Assembly: GCA_963734545.1 (NCBI GenBank)
Contig: CAVTHO010000003.1
Location: 192,001-256,000 of the forward strand
DNA: 64,000 bases
Direction of reading: 5' to 3'
Source: an uncultured Spirochaetota bacterium
Lineage (GTDB): Bacteria > Spirochaetota > Spirochaetia > SZUA-6 > Fen-1364
In this document: piece after piece, positions 20,644 through 30,895 of the stretch
Numbering within the stretch: position 1 is the stretch's first letter
How the letters are laid out: each line of letters opens with the position of its first letter
Made by a program: the position numbers and the translations under genes
Notes under the pieces: model-generated
Database searches by the model: none
The model's input: the letters and a program-made list of their open reading frames with translations, nothing else
What the model was told of the DNA's origin: nothing

Positions 20644-23559
20644 TCAGCGGGAGACTCTGATAGGGACCGGCGGAGCCTTTTCGAGCCCGCTGACGGTGCC
20701 CTCCTGCCCGACGGAGAGATACACGCCAAGGTCCCGTCCTGCATTGAAACTGCCCGGGGCTGATGTGTCGATGCGCGCCGCCACGCCGATCAGGAAGACA
20801 AACGGCACGGCATTGAACGCCATGTGAAGCGTGAAGTCTCCACCCACGTACACGGAGGGATCGATGCGGAACCCGGGCCGGGCGTCATCCCAGAGCCCGA
20901 TCCCTTCCGCGTGCACCCCGATTGCCGCCCCCGTGGCGGCAAGGCTGAAGATCAGGGGCTGATCGAAAAGGGCAATGGCCGCTACGTAGTCGACGCTCGC
21001 CAGGACCTGCCCGGATACGCTTCGGGACAGGGGCCCGGGAAAGCCCCGCGGCACCGAGAAGCTGTCCCTGTACGTCGCGAAAGGGCCGCCCAGGACGTCG
21101 GTCGCCTTCAAACCGAGTCTCAACACGTGGTGGGGGATGAGCGAGGGAACGTTCAGGCCGAGCCTGAGCAGAAAATCGCTCTCCGGAGCGTGAGAGTCGA
21201 GCACGGGCAGCGGGGTGGAGTTCTGGAGGAGCACGTCGAACGCAAGGGGAGGCGTGAAGTCGATCTGTCCGCCGCTGCGCCTCCATTGAAAAGAGACGCC
21301 GCTCGTGACAAAGAGCTTGTTCTGTCGGTCTGCCGCCAAAGACCCGAATGACTGCGAGAATGTGAATGGGGCAAGGGATTCGAGCTCCGCACTGTGAGTG
21401 ATCCCCAGAGACAGGGCGAGCATTCTCTGCCTGTCGAAGGCGATCTCGCTGAACAGGGGAAGCCCCAGGGCGACGGTGCTCACGAGAGACTGCACGTAAT
21501 CGTCCGCGTACTGGTAGGCGAGCCGGCTCTCCGCGGAAACGGTGAACGGTCCGGCTGTCGTGGAGAGGGAAAGAGCCGCGAGAGGCTGCTGGGACGCAAA
21601 GGACCAGGCCGCATCCGCAACCCATGTCGTGTTTCCCAGGAGAGAGGCGCCGTACGCGATGGCCCCGAGGCCGAGCTCGACTCCCGGCGCGTCCGGTCCC
21701 GTGCGCGTCAGCGTCGGGAACGGCAGCCACATCAGCGGTGAAGGCCAGTCCGTGTAGGGCTTCTGCGTCACCGACTTTCCCGTCCAATCGGGCTCGGCGG
21801 GATACTCCCGCGCCTCATTCTGCCCCTCGGGCAGGACGAATGCGGCGAGGTCCGCCACCGGGGTCCTTTTCAGGCACCAGCCATCGGCGGAATAGCTGGA
21901 GTACAGGATGCTGTCTCCGTCAGGGACCGCTGAGATTGCCGCCACCGGATCATCCTGGATCCGGGTGATCGTCCCCGACCCCAGATCTGCCCGGTACAGC
22001 GCGAGCGCGCCGCCCCGGTCCGACGAGAAAAGCACCGTGTCGTTGTCGAGGAAGGACGGAAAATACTCTCCGAACGGGTCGGGTCCCAGGAGGGGACGGG
22101 CGGCACCGGCGTTCGTGCTCACCACGGGAAGCCGCGGTTCGGCGAGCGCCGTGGACGCGTGTGCGAGACTGTCATACTCAGCCACATACACGTCCTGGTA
22201 TCCCCTCAGGTTGACGGTGAACGCCAGCCGATGGCCGTCGGGAGAGAAGGCCGGAGTGTACACGTTGCCCTCCGACAGGGCGTACAGGACCCGCAGGGCG
22301 CCGGATTGCGCGTCCACCGACACCAGGCGCGAATACGGTCCTGTCCCCTGGACCGCCACCAGCGTTTTGCCGTCCGGTGAGACGGCGGGCTGCCACACGT
22401 GCGCGTCGCGGGTGATCTGCTTTGTCGTGCCGGTGTCCGTGTCCAGCCTGTAGAGGTCGGAGACCAGCTCGGGTGTGCCCGGATCCGCCCAGGTCTGCCT
22501 CAGAGAGGTGAAGTAGATTGTCCGGCCGTCTCTTGTCGCGCTGAAGGAGACAGTGTCGTTCGTGACTGCATGCAGGACGTGCTCGCTCCTGTTCGCGGGA
22601 TCGTAGCGCACGATCGCAGGGAACGCGTACGGCGAGCTGCGGTACACGAAAAGGCCCCGGTCGGTGGGCTGCGGATGCACCCAGTTTCCCGGCCCCCTCG
22701 GAGTGATGCGCGCTCCCGAGGAGACGGAGAGGGATGGCGCGTACTTCTCCGCCAGGTACCGTTTCAGGTCATCGAATACCTGGGAGGCATTGCGGCCCGT
22801 GACCTTCTGAATCGCACCCCACGGTCCGAAAAAGGGAAAGCCGAGATACTCCTCCATGATGCGGCGGAAGCTGTCGACGCCGTAGGTGGTCAGGAGATGG
22901 TCGACGAGGATGTAGCCGGCAACGTAGATGCGATCCGGAGGAGGAAACGCGGACCCGTAGGCGCCCTGCTCGAGGCTGAACAGCCTTCCCTCTTCGACAG
23001 GGGCCTTGAATGACATCTCGAACAGGGGATTTCGTCCCCGGCCTCCCGCGGTGAACAGGGTCTCCAGGTTCGTGCTCGGTCCCTCGATCATCCATCCGGG
23101 AAGAAAGAACAATCCGGCCGCAGAGATTTCCCCGCCGAACAGCCGGGACAGCGTGAAAAAGAACCCCGTGTCCATGGAAGCGTGCACGTAGTGCGTGAGC
23201 TCGTGGGTGAGCAGGATCTTCAGCCAGCTTTCGGTGCGGGCTCCCAGGAAATGGTCGGTCGGCGCGGTGAGGTACAGCTCGATGCGCGCCGGCAGGAAAG
23301 AGGTGAACCCATTGGCCGCGTCGATCCTCCCGCGCACGATGACAGGGACCTTTTTCGGGTAGGAATGGAAGTATCCCGTGATCCTCTCGTACACCGGCTC
23401 GCAGAAAGTCAGGAGCTCGTCCACGGAGGGGCGGTCCCGGGGCTCGAAGACGAAGCGAAAGTGCTCGGTCTCCGCCTGTTCCCACCTCACCGGTTCCGCA
23501 CCCGCGGAGAAAACGGAGCAGAAGACCATGAGAGCCCAGACGACACGCGCGCGGTACAC
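20644..23559 (-). CDS. Exported protein with zinc-peptidase-like (HExxH) domain, PD40/TolB-like propeller and probable C-terminal beta-barrel
   Basis: Signal peptide; TEHF; THELTH...WMIEG; QPAVSPDG and TPAFSPDG repeats; alternating beta-strand-like C-terminal third. Confidence 0.75.
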   Translation of the reverse strand: MYRARVVWALMVFCSVFSAGAEPVRWEQAETEHFRFVFEPRDRPSVDELLTFCEPVYERITGYFHSYPKKVPVIVRGRIDAANGFTSFLPARIELYLTAPTDHFLGARTESWLKILLTHELTHYVHASMDTGFFFTLSRLFGGEISAAGLFFLPGWMIEGPSTNLETLFTAGGRGRNPLFEMSFKAPVEEGRLFSLEQGAYGSAFPPPDRIYVAGYILVDHLLTTYGVDSFRRIMEEYLGFPFFGPWGAIQKVTGRNASQVFDDLKRYLAEKYAPSLSVSSGARITPRGPGNWVHPQPTDRGLFVYRSSPYAFPAIVRYDPANRSEHVLHAVTNDTVSFSATRDGRTIYFTSLRQTWADPGTPELVSDLYRLDTDTGTTKQITRDAHVWQPAVSPDGKTLVAVQGTGPYSRLVSVDAQSGALRVLYALSEGNVYTPAFSPDGHRLAFTVNLRGYQDVYVAEYDSLAHASTALAEPRLPVVSTNAGAARPLLGPDPFGEYFPSFLDNDTVLFSSDRGGALALYRADLGSGTITRIQDDPVAAISAVPDGDSILYSSYSADGWCLKRTPVADLAAFVLPEGQNEAREYPAEPDWTGKSVTQKPYTDWPSPLMWLPFPTLTRTGPDAPGVELGLGAIAYGASLLGNTTWVADAAWSFASQQPLAALSLSTTAGPFTVSAESRLAYQYADDYVQSLVSTVALGLPLFSEIAFDRQRMLALSLGITHSAELESLAPFTFSQSFGSLAADRQNKLFVTSGVSFQWRRSGGQIDFTPPLAFDVLLQNSTPLPVLDSHAPESDFLLRLGLNVPSLIPHHVLRLGLKATDVLGGPFATYRDSFSVPRGFPGPLSRSVSGQVLASVDYVAAIALFDQPLIFSLAATGAAIGVHAEGIGLWDDARPGFRIDPSVYVGGDFTLHMAFNAVPFVFLIGVAARIDTSAPGSFNAGRDLGVYLSVGQEGTVSGLEKAPPVPIRVSR

Positions 23560-23678
23560 GGCTCGAATATAGCATGCCGCGGCGGCAGCGCGAACAGGGC
23601 ATGGCGCGTCGGTGATGCCGGCGCTTGCCATGCCCCTGCCATGGCATTATAATTTCGGTTCCCTACTACAATAGCACC

Positions 23679-25342
23679 ATGAATATCCGTCTGAAGATCA
23701 TCCTGATAGTAATTCCTCTCCTGTTCGCGACTCTTGTTCTCACCGGCTTCTCCTCGTTTTTTTCCGCCACGAATGCCATCACCCGGATCGCCAAGGATTT
23801 CCTGGGGTTCAAGGCCAGAGAGCTGCAGAACCAGGCAGAGAGCCAATGGAAGCTGCTCGTGGACAACAATCTGTCCGCCAACCCGGAGATGGTGTCTGCC
23901 ACCAAGGCGGCCGTGGAGGGCTACGCGGGGAGCATCCTCACGAGCCCCACCGAGGTCATTGCCGCCTTCGACGCGGAGGGCAACGTCGTCATGAGCACGT
24001 CCGACGTCACGCTCGCCGGCAGTGAGCGGGCCGACATTCGCCGGCTCGTCGCGTCGCGCGTCTCCGCGCTCGTGCCGAATCTCCGGCTGGGCGGCAGGGA
24101 CCGGGTGGCAAAGGGTTTCTGGTTCGCTCCATTTTCCTGGTACCTTGCGGTCACAGAGGAGCGCGCCGCCTTTTACACGGCGGTGAACAGGATGTCTTTC
24201 CGCACAGCGATCATCCTCCTCGCGTCGATCGGCCTCGGGGTCGCGCTCATCCTCCTGTTCGCCAGCTGGCTCACCCGGCCTCTCATCCGCGTCGTGGCCA
24301 CCATGAAGGGCATCATTTCCACGAACGATCTGTCCGAGCGGGTGCTCGTGGAATATCCCGACGAGATCGGCAGCCTGTCCCAGACGTTCAATATCATGGT
24401 CACGGAGCTTGAGAAGGCCCACGGGCAGATAAGAAAGTTCGCCTTCGATGCGGTCCTTGCGCAGAAGCGCGAGCAGAAGGTCAGGAACATCTTCCAGAAA
24501 TACGTACCGTCCGATGTGATCGATACCTATTTCAAGAATCCCGAGTCCTTCCTCGTGGGGGACAGCCGGCTGCTCGTCATCCTGTTCTCCGATATCAGGG
24601 GATTCACGACCATTTCGGAGGGCATGGCCCCGGACGACCTGGTGACCACGCTCAACCGCTACTTTACCGTGATGGTGGACACCATCGACAAGAGGAAAGG
24701 CGTGGTGGACAAGTATATCGGCGACGCCATCATGGCCTACTGGGGCGCCCCCATGAAACGGGACGACGACGCCGTGCAGGCAGTCATGGCCGGCATCGAG
24801 ATGGGCGAAGCCCTGGCCGTCTTCAACGAGCAGCTGGTGCAGGAGGGCAGGAAGCCGTTCCTGACCGGGATCGGGATCAACTACGGCTTCGTCACAGTGG
24901 GAAACATCGGCGCGGAGAAGAAGCTCAACTACACGGTGATCGGAGACCCGGTGAATCTCGCCTCCCGCCTGGAGGGGCTCACCAAGCAGTACCACCAGAG
25001 CCTCATCTTTTCCGAGAGCCTCCAGAGAAAGGTCAAGGAGAAGCTGCCCTGCCGCCTCCTCGACTCCGTGGCGGTGAAGGGCAAGAAGGGCGGCGTAAAG
25101 ATCTACACGGCAAAGCGCGCCCTGGAGACCGCGGAGAGTGAAGCCTGGAAGGCTGCACAACGCCGGGATGGAGGAGTACTACAATCGCAACTTCGACCGG
25201 GCGGCAGAGATGTTTCGCGGCGTCAGGGCCATTCTCCCCGACGACTACCCCAGCGGTCTTCTCATGAAGCGCTGCCTGGAGTACGCGAAAAACCCGCCGC
25301 CCGGCAGACTGGGACAAGGTCGAAGTCATGACGTCGAAATAG
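23679..25342 (+). CDS. Membrane-bound class III adenylate cyclase with HAMP and C-terminal TPR-like tail; two +1 frameshifts (~25151, ~25301)
   Basis: FSDIRGFT, DKYIGDAIM and YTVIGDPVNLASRLEG motifs. Removing two single bases gives ...AWKLHNAGMEEYYNRNF...NPPPADWDKVEVMTSK*. Confidence 0.9.
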
Positions 25343-25360
25343 GGCAGGCGGAGAAAAGAT

Positions 25361-27565
25361 TTGATCGGACTTCTTGCAAAGGCGAAGCAGCTCAGGGGGG
25401 GGCGCGAGGAGATCGTGTTCGACCCGGATTCGGGCATTTCCCGGGAAGACCAGAAGCAGGTCCTCCAGGAAATAGACCAGCTCGCCGCGCAGAATCGCCT
25501 GAAGGTCACACCCGAGATCTTCACCGTCCACGCGGTCAAGCGCGGAGTGCTCTTCCCCCTCGTCGTGATCGCGGCCGCCCTCCTTGCCTCCGGGATCGGC
25601 GTGCTCACTTTTTACCTCGCCTTCCAGCAGGGGGAAACACAGCTCACGTCGGAGCAGAGCGGCTCCATCACGGCGGAAGGCAAGCTGATCGAGCAGGTGA
25701 AGAAGGATTCTGCCGCGCGCCTGGAAGCGAAGAATCAGCAGATCAACGAGATCCAGGGTCGTCTTGCCGAAATCGACAGGGAGCGGCGGGACCTCCAGTC
25801 CAACATGGACGCGAAGGTGGGCCAGAGGGAGCAGGAGCTGCGCGCGGCCATGACCCGGGAGCTCGAAGCGGAGAGGGCGAATCTGCAGAAGCAGGGTCTG
25901 TCCGACCAGGCAATTGCCAGGAGGCTGCAGGACCTGGAGGCCCAGAAGAACGCGGAGTCCCGCCGGCAGCTGGAAAGTTACCGGCAGCAGGCAGAGGCCG
26001 ACCTCGCGAAGGCGGAGCAGAACCTGAAAAGCCAGGAGGCCCGGTTCAACGAAAGTCTCGCCCAGGCGAACGCGGAGCGCCAGCAGGTCGTGGCGGACTC
26101 CCGCAAGCGGGAAGAAGAGCTGCGCGGCCAGCTCGAGCAGAAGACCCAGACCCTGGAAAGCGAAAAGGCCAGGGCCCAGCAGGCCCTGAATGCGCTTGCC
26201 TCCCGGCAGGAAAAGGAGGATCTCGTCTCCGCCCAGCTCATCGGGCTGTACGCCGTTGCACGGGCCGACATCGCGCAGCGCAACTACCCCCAGGCTCTCC
26301 AGAGCCTCAAGGCGGTTGCCGACTACGTGAACAGCCAGGACGTGGCCGCCCTGCCCGGCATGGCCCGCAGGCGCGACTTCGACCTGTTCGTGGTGAATTC
26401 CCTCACGACCCTCGTGCAGGGGGAAATCGACAAGGGCAGGACCGACACGACGTCCCCGGCAGCCCCGCCGGACCGGATGGCCGAGCTCGGGAAGCTTGTC
26501 AGCGACGCGGATGGGCTCCTCAAGTCAGGCAAGGTCGAGGAAGCAGAGAAGGCCTACGGGCAGGCTCTTCAGCTCGTTCCTGAAATCGGCCGCGCCTATT
26601 CCTACTTTGTGACGCGCGATCATGACGCGGAGGCCGCCCGCCAGGCGCGCTTGCGCGACCAGCTTGCCAGGGCGGAGGCTGCCTTCGACGCGGGCAGGCT
26701 CTCGCAGGCGGTCGCCGCCTATCGGAACGCCTTCACGTATCTCCCGGTCACGCCGGAGCGGATCGACAGGATCCTTTCAAATGTGTCCGCCGCCGGGTCC
26801 GACGCGGAAGCGCAGACGTCCCGGCAGGCACAGGCCAGGGATGCCGCGGCCGCGCTTGCCAGGGCCAGGGGTCTGCAGGCCCAGGGAAGCTTCGACGATG
26901 CTCTCTCTCTCTACCTTCAGCTCATCACCCGCTACCCCCAGAGCGCCCAGGTGGAAGGCGCTGTCCAGGGGATCCAGGGTACGGTGAAAAGCATGAATGA
27001 AAAAGCGACCACGGACAGCGGGAAGGCGGAGGCCGCGCTTACTGCGCAGATTGCATCCCTCCAGGCTCAGCTGGCAAAGGCACGCGAGCAGGTTTCCGCA
27101 GCCGGCACGCGGCCGCCGGCCGCCGCGGCCGATCAGTCGGCTCCCGCGGCCTCCGTCACGATGCTTTCCGCCGCGGACGCCCAGAAGCTCAAGGACCTCC
27201 AGGAGCGATTCTCGGCGCTCGAACAGGCCTACACAACCTACACTTCGCGGGAGGACCCCATACTGTCCGACAAAGGGGAACGGGGCCTCGTGGACACAAA
27301 GACCTACCTCGACTCGTTCCTCGGCTCCTCGCCTCTGGAACGCGTCTTCCCCGGACTTCTCAACAGGATCAAGCGCTACAACGACGGCTTTCAGGCCGCC
27401 GGCCGGGTTGACGCGCTCCAGGACGCCCTCGACGTGGTCATCCAGCTCTCCCGGCAGAAAACGCCTGAGAAGAGACAGAAAATTCTGGACGACGAGTTCA
27501 AGTCATTCCGCAAAGACCCCGAGATGACCGGCTTCCTCAAGGAGCTGCAGGGGCTGCTGAAATAG
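25361..27565 (+). CDS. Membrane-anchored coiled-coil/TPR hypothetical protein
   Basis: One TM near residues 65-87, long Q/E/A/R heptad-rich region, TPR-like helices (AEKAYGQALQLVP; YLQLITRYPQS). Confidence 0.75.
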   Translation: MIGLLAKAKQLRGGREEIVFDPDSGISREDQKQVLQEIDQLAAQNRLKVTPEIFTVHAVKRGVLFPLVVIAAALLASGIGVLTFYLAFQQGETQLTSEQSGSITAEGKLIEQVKKDSAARLEAKNQQINEIQGRLAEIDRERRDLQSNMDAKVGQREQELRAAMTRELEAERANLQKQGLSDQAIARRLQDLEAQKNAESRRQLESYRQQAEADLAKAEQNLKSQEARFNESLAQANAERQQVVADSRKREEELRGQLEQKTQTLESEKARAQQALNALASRQEKEDLVSAQLIGLYAVARADIAQRNYPQALQSLKAVADYVNSQDVAALPGMARRRDFDLFVVNSLTTLVQGEIDKGRTDTTSPAAPPDRMAELGKLVSDADGLLKSGKVEEAEKAYGQALQLVPEIGRAYSYFVTRDHDAEAARQARLRDQLARAEAAFDAGRLSQAVAAYRNAFTYLPVTPERIDRILSNVSAAGSDAEAQTSRQAQARDAAAALARARGLQAQGSFDDALSLYLQLITRYPQSAQVEGAVQGIQGTVKSMNEKATTDSGKAEAALTAQIASLQAQLAKAREQVSAAGTRPPAAAADQSAPAASVTMLSAADAQKLKDLQERFSALEQAYTTYTSREDPILSDKGERGLVDTKTYLDSFLGSSPLERVFPGLLNRIKRYNDGFQAAGRVDALQDALDVVIQLSRQKTPEKRQKILDDEFKSFRKDPEMTGFLKELQGLLK

Positions 27566-27592
27566 CCCTTTGCGGGAACGCGCAACGCCGCG

Positions 27593-28714
27593 CTAGTACG
27601 ACAGCGTCTTCAGTCTGGATGACGGGATCGAGTAAAGCTCCAGGGAGAGAGATCCATCGGTCACGAAGCTCCGCGAGAGGAAGACCGTGGCCGTGCCGTT
27701 CACGTACGCTTCCATTGAGTAGCGCAGGGCTCCGAACGGAAAGGCAGTGAGCAGGTTCCCTTCCGGGTCGAAGAGCCTGCCTGCGCCATCCTGCGTGGAC
27801 AGGAGCTCCCCGGTCGTGAGGAGCGCGTCGATCCGGCACGTAATCCCTGTGAGCCGGCGAGCGTTTGCCCCTCCCGTCTCCCATCTCCAGCACTGCCATG
27901 CCCCGGCCGCGTGGAAGCTCGCGTAGCTCACGCCCGTTGCCGGGTCATGATAATAGAGACAGCGGTTCAGGCCGGAGAAGATGGAGGAGAATGTGGGAGA
28001 GAGCGCCCCGGTGGTGTCAGCAACCCCGGAGAACCCGGAGAAGTTGACCGTGTTGAGCGTCGCTTCGTGGATGGAGCCTCCGCTGTCCCGGGCAAGCCAG
28101 TACATCCCGTCACCGCCTATGGAGCTGGACGGGGCAAACTGCGCCCCGAGGACAACCGCGCCCCCGATTCCCGGAGACCCGGCCGCAAGGAGCCCTGTGA
28201 ACGGGTCCGGCGGGAAGAGCTGCGTGATGCTGCCGGGAGAATCCTGCCAGACAATAACCGCCGTGCTGTTGTCCGGCTGCAAAGAGTCGTACGAGAACAG
28301 CGCGGCATAGTCGCCTTCCCAGGCTGTCCGCATCTCGTAGCCGGGGTAGTTCGGGTCCCGTCCGTACAGCCCGCCTATTCCCATCGGTCCCGAACTGGAA
28401 GGATCCGGCGCGCGCACATATCCGCCGTACCCGTCGGGCCTGACGTACATGAGGCTGACTCCGTTCGAGGATGTGAGCAGGATGAACCCGCGGGAAGGGT
28501 CGATCGTGGACAGGGTGCCCAGGGAGGCTTTTACCGGCAGGAACACCGCATCGTATGCCGGGGAATCGGGCCAGATCCTGATGCCGGTATTCACCACGGA
28601 CTGGTATGTCAGCCGCGGCAGATTGATGGCGGCCAGGCTCAGGTCCGCGTCAAAGGGGGGCGAGCAGGAGACGCAGGCGAGCAGGAGAACGGCGAGGAAC
28701 CCGATCTTCCTCAT
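27593..28714 (-). CDS. Hypothetical lipoprotein
   Basis: MRKIGFLAVLLLACVS-C lipobox; ATGA overlap with the upstream gene. Confidence 0.75.
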   Translation of the reverse strand: MRKIGFLAVLLLACVSCSPPFDADLSLAAINLPRLTYQSVVNTGIRIWPDSPAYDAVFLPVKASLGTLSTIDPSRGFILLTSSNGVSLMYVRPDGYGGYVRAPDPSSSGPMGIGGLYGRDPNYPGYEMRTAWEGDYAALFSYDSLQPDNSTAVIVWQDSPGSITQLFPPDPFTGLLAAGSPGIGGAVVLGAQFAPSSSIGGDGMYWLARDSGGSIHEATLNTVNFSGFSGVADTTGALSPTFSSIFSGLNRCLYYHDPATGVSYASFHAAGAWQCWRWETGGANARRLTGITCRIDALLTTGELLSTQDGAGRLFDPEGNLLTAFPFGALRYSMEAYVNGTATVFLSRSFVTDGSLSLELYSIPSSRLKTLSY

Positions 28715-30795
28715 AGCAGCCACCTCACCCCAAAACGGATGTTGAGAAAGCTCACGGCCCCCGCGGAAGTGAAGATGTACCCGGCGGGGGGTTGATTTGC
28801 GGGGAACGACTGGGCAAGAAGATCGGGGAATGTCGAGAAGTAGAAGATCGGGGCGTATTCGAGGAAAAGGCGCGCACGGGCACCGACCCTCAGCTCTGCG
28901 CCGACAGCAGCCTGAAGGCCGCCGGGGGAAATGGGGTCCGTACGGAGGCCGGTCCCGGGAAGCAGCACAAAGCGCGCAAAGGGTCCCAGCGCTGCGTAGA
29001 GACGCACGGGAGAGTCCATGGGCAGGAAATACATGCCTGCCTGCAGGGACAGGTTCCACAGAGGGATGCTCTTCACCGCCTGGTTTTCATCCAGGACCAG
29101 GCCGAAGCCGAACGCGGTGACACACAGCCTCAGCCAGGCCGTTTCCGGAATGAAGGAGACCACTGCCGCAACCGAAGGCGAGAAGGCATTTTCGAATCCC
29201 GTTTCCAGGGACAGCAGCGACCGGGACTCCTGGGGAAAGTAGAGATCCCTGTCCGCGTCGACGAATACGGAGCGCTCTGCGGGGAAGTAGCCCACCCGCT
29301 CGGCGCGTAAGGCGCAGACAGCCGCTTCCGGCAGCGTGAGGCGTGCCGTCCCCTCAGGCCCTGCCGTTATCGGACCGCCGGGGCCTCCAGTGATGCGCGT
29401 GCCCGGCAGCGCGTGAAGAGTGAGGAGGATGGCCCGGGTTTCCTCGGGCAGAGGCGGAGCAGCGCTCACCGTCGGATACGTCTCCGACACGGAGTCCACC
29501 AGGTCGTACCATCGTTCCTGGGCAGCCCTCCTGGCGTCCAGGTCTGCTTCCAGCGGGACCGTGCGGTCCACGCGCATGGCCTTTGTCTCCACGTCATAGA
29601 GCTGGACCCGGACAACAGGGGCATCGCGCGTGCCGGAGAACTCGGCGCGCAGCCAGCAGTCCGCTCCCTGGGCAGTCGCGGCCTCTGTCAGGCCAATCGC
29701 GTTCTCCCGCGGGCGTGCCGGATCATTCTCGATCACCGTGAGCCCGTCTATCGAGCGCAGCGCGAGGGCAATCGACTTTTCAAAGCTCAGGGAGTCCATG
29801 GCGGAGTAGGCCGCGCCCCTGCTGTTCTCCACGGAGAGGAGAAGCCGAAGCTGCCGGGAGACCCCGGCGTTCAGGCGGGCGGCTTTCCTGCTCGCTTCCG
29901 ACCGCCGCGCCGCGGCCGAAGCGTTCCAGTGCCGGTCCACGATGGGTGCGAGGCCCCGGACAAACATCTGTTCGATCGCCTCCGAGGAAGGCGTGTAGGG
30001 AAGGGGATCCGCGGAGGGTGCGTCCATCGGGGGATGGGTATCGCGTGCTTTGCGGACCGAAATGAATGAGGCCGAGGAGTCGGCCCCAGGGCTGATCCAG
30101 ATCCGCGCGCCTTCCTCCCAGGCGGCGAGCAGGTCGCGCGCCGACGGATCAAGAGGAAGCCAGACAGCGCCGTCGCGCGGGATCAGGCCGGGAAGCCCCT
30201 GGAGGCTCGACTCCGCTTCGACCGGAGTCATATCGAGCCGGACGGCAAGCAGCACATGCCCGGGAACGGCGAGGATGGCGGTCTCGATCCCCCGTGACTC
30301 GAAAAGAGAAGCGCACAGAACCACGAGGTCGGGTTGGTCCCCCACGCGGGACTTCAGAGTCTGGCCGGGATACTTCAGCAGGCCGGCGCCGCGGGGATCT
30401 CGGGAGGCAACTGAATAAGGCACCTGCAGGTCCTGCGCGAAGAGGACACCTGCGGCCCGAACTGCTCCGAGAAGAGCAATTGAAATCTGGAGCGTCCGGT
30501 CAAGACCGGCGTCATGCAGACGCATGACCGCATCTGATGCCGATCCGGCGAGATCCCGAACAGCGCGATCCTCCGGTTGGATAAATGCTGCCAGGAATCG
30601 CGGGTCGCTCCACGGCACCCGGTTCCTGCCGGAACCCTGGAGCAGCGCGACCTGGCCGGCCGTGCTCCGCATTTCCCCCTGGTCGGCTGTGGCGAGCACC
30701 TCGGCACCGGGTGACGGGGCTTCCGCCGCGGTGGGCAGGACCGATACGGCGAAGAGGATGAGGAGTGGGGCAAGCGCGCGACCCCGGGTTTTCAC
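28711..30795 (-). CDS. Exported protein with degenerate transglutaminase-like, TolB-N/CsgG-like, PEGA-like and predicted beta-barrel domains
   Basis: Signal peptide after GTG 30795; KYPGQTL..RVGDQPDL..L.ASLFESRGIETA..VPGHV; C-terminus NIRFGVRWLL. Confidence 0.65.
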   Translation of the reverse strand: MKTRGRALAPLLILFAVSVLPTAAEAPSPGAEVLATADQGEMRSTAGQVALLQGSGRNRVPWSDPRFLAAFIQPEDRAVRDLAGSASDAVMRLHDAGLDRTLQISIALLGAVRAAGVLFAQDLQVPYSVASRDPRGAGLLKYPGQTLKSRVGDQPDLVVLCASLFESRGIETAILAVPGHVLLAVRLDMTPVEAESSLQGLPGLIPRDGAVWLPLDPSARDLLAAWEEGARIWISPGADSSASFISVRKARDTHPPMDAPSADPLPYTPSSEAIEQMFVRGLAPIVDRHWNASAAARRSEASRKAARLNAGVSRQLRLLLSVENSRGAAYSAMDSLSFEKSIALALRSIDGLTVIENDPARPRENAIGLTEAATAQGADCWLRAEFSGTRDAPVVRVQLYDVETKAMRVDRTVPLEADLDARRAAQERWYDLVDSVSETYPTVSAAPPLPEETRAILLTLHALPGTRITGGPGGPITAGPEGTARLTLPEAAVCALRAERVGYFPAERSVFVDADRDLYFPQESRSLLSLETGFENAFSPSVAAVVSFIPETAWLRLCVTAFGFGLVLDENQAVKSIPLWNLSLQAGMYFLPMDSPVRLYAALGPFARFVLLPGTGLRTDPISPGGLQAAVGAELRVGARARLFLEYAPIFYFSTFPDLLAQSFPANQPPAGYIFTSAGAVSFLNIRFGVRWLL

Positions 30796-30895
30796 CGGTG
30801 CGTTCCTGTGATCAGGATGTGCGCAGGGTCGACAAGCGGGGTGGGAAATGTCCCTGCTGGTGTCAGGAAGCCGGTGGCGGGATCCATGGAGATGA

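Noticed and set aside
25138-26583. 481-aa ORF as a separate gene
   Set aside because: Only its first ~55 codons are real (the frameshifted cyclase tail); the rest is an off-frame read of the next gene.
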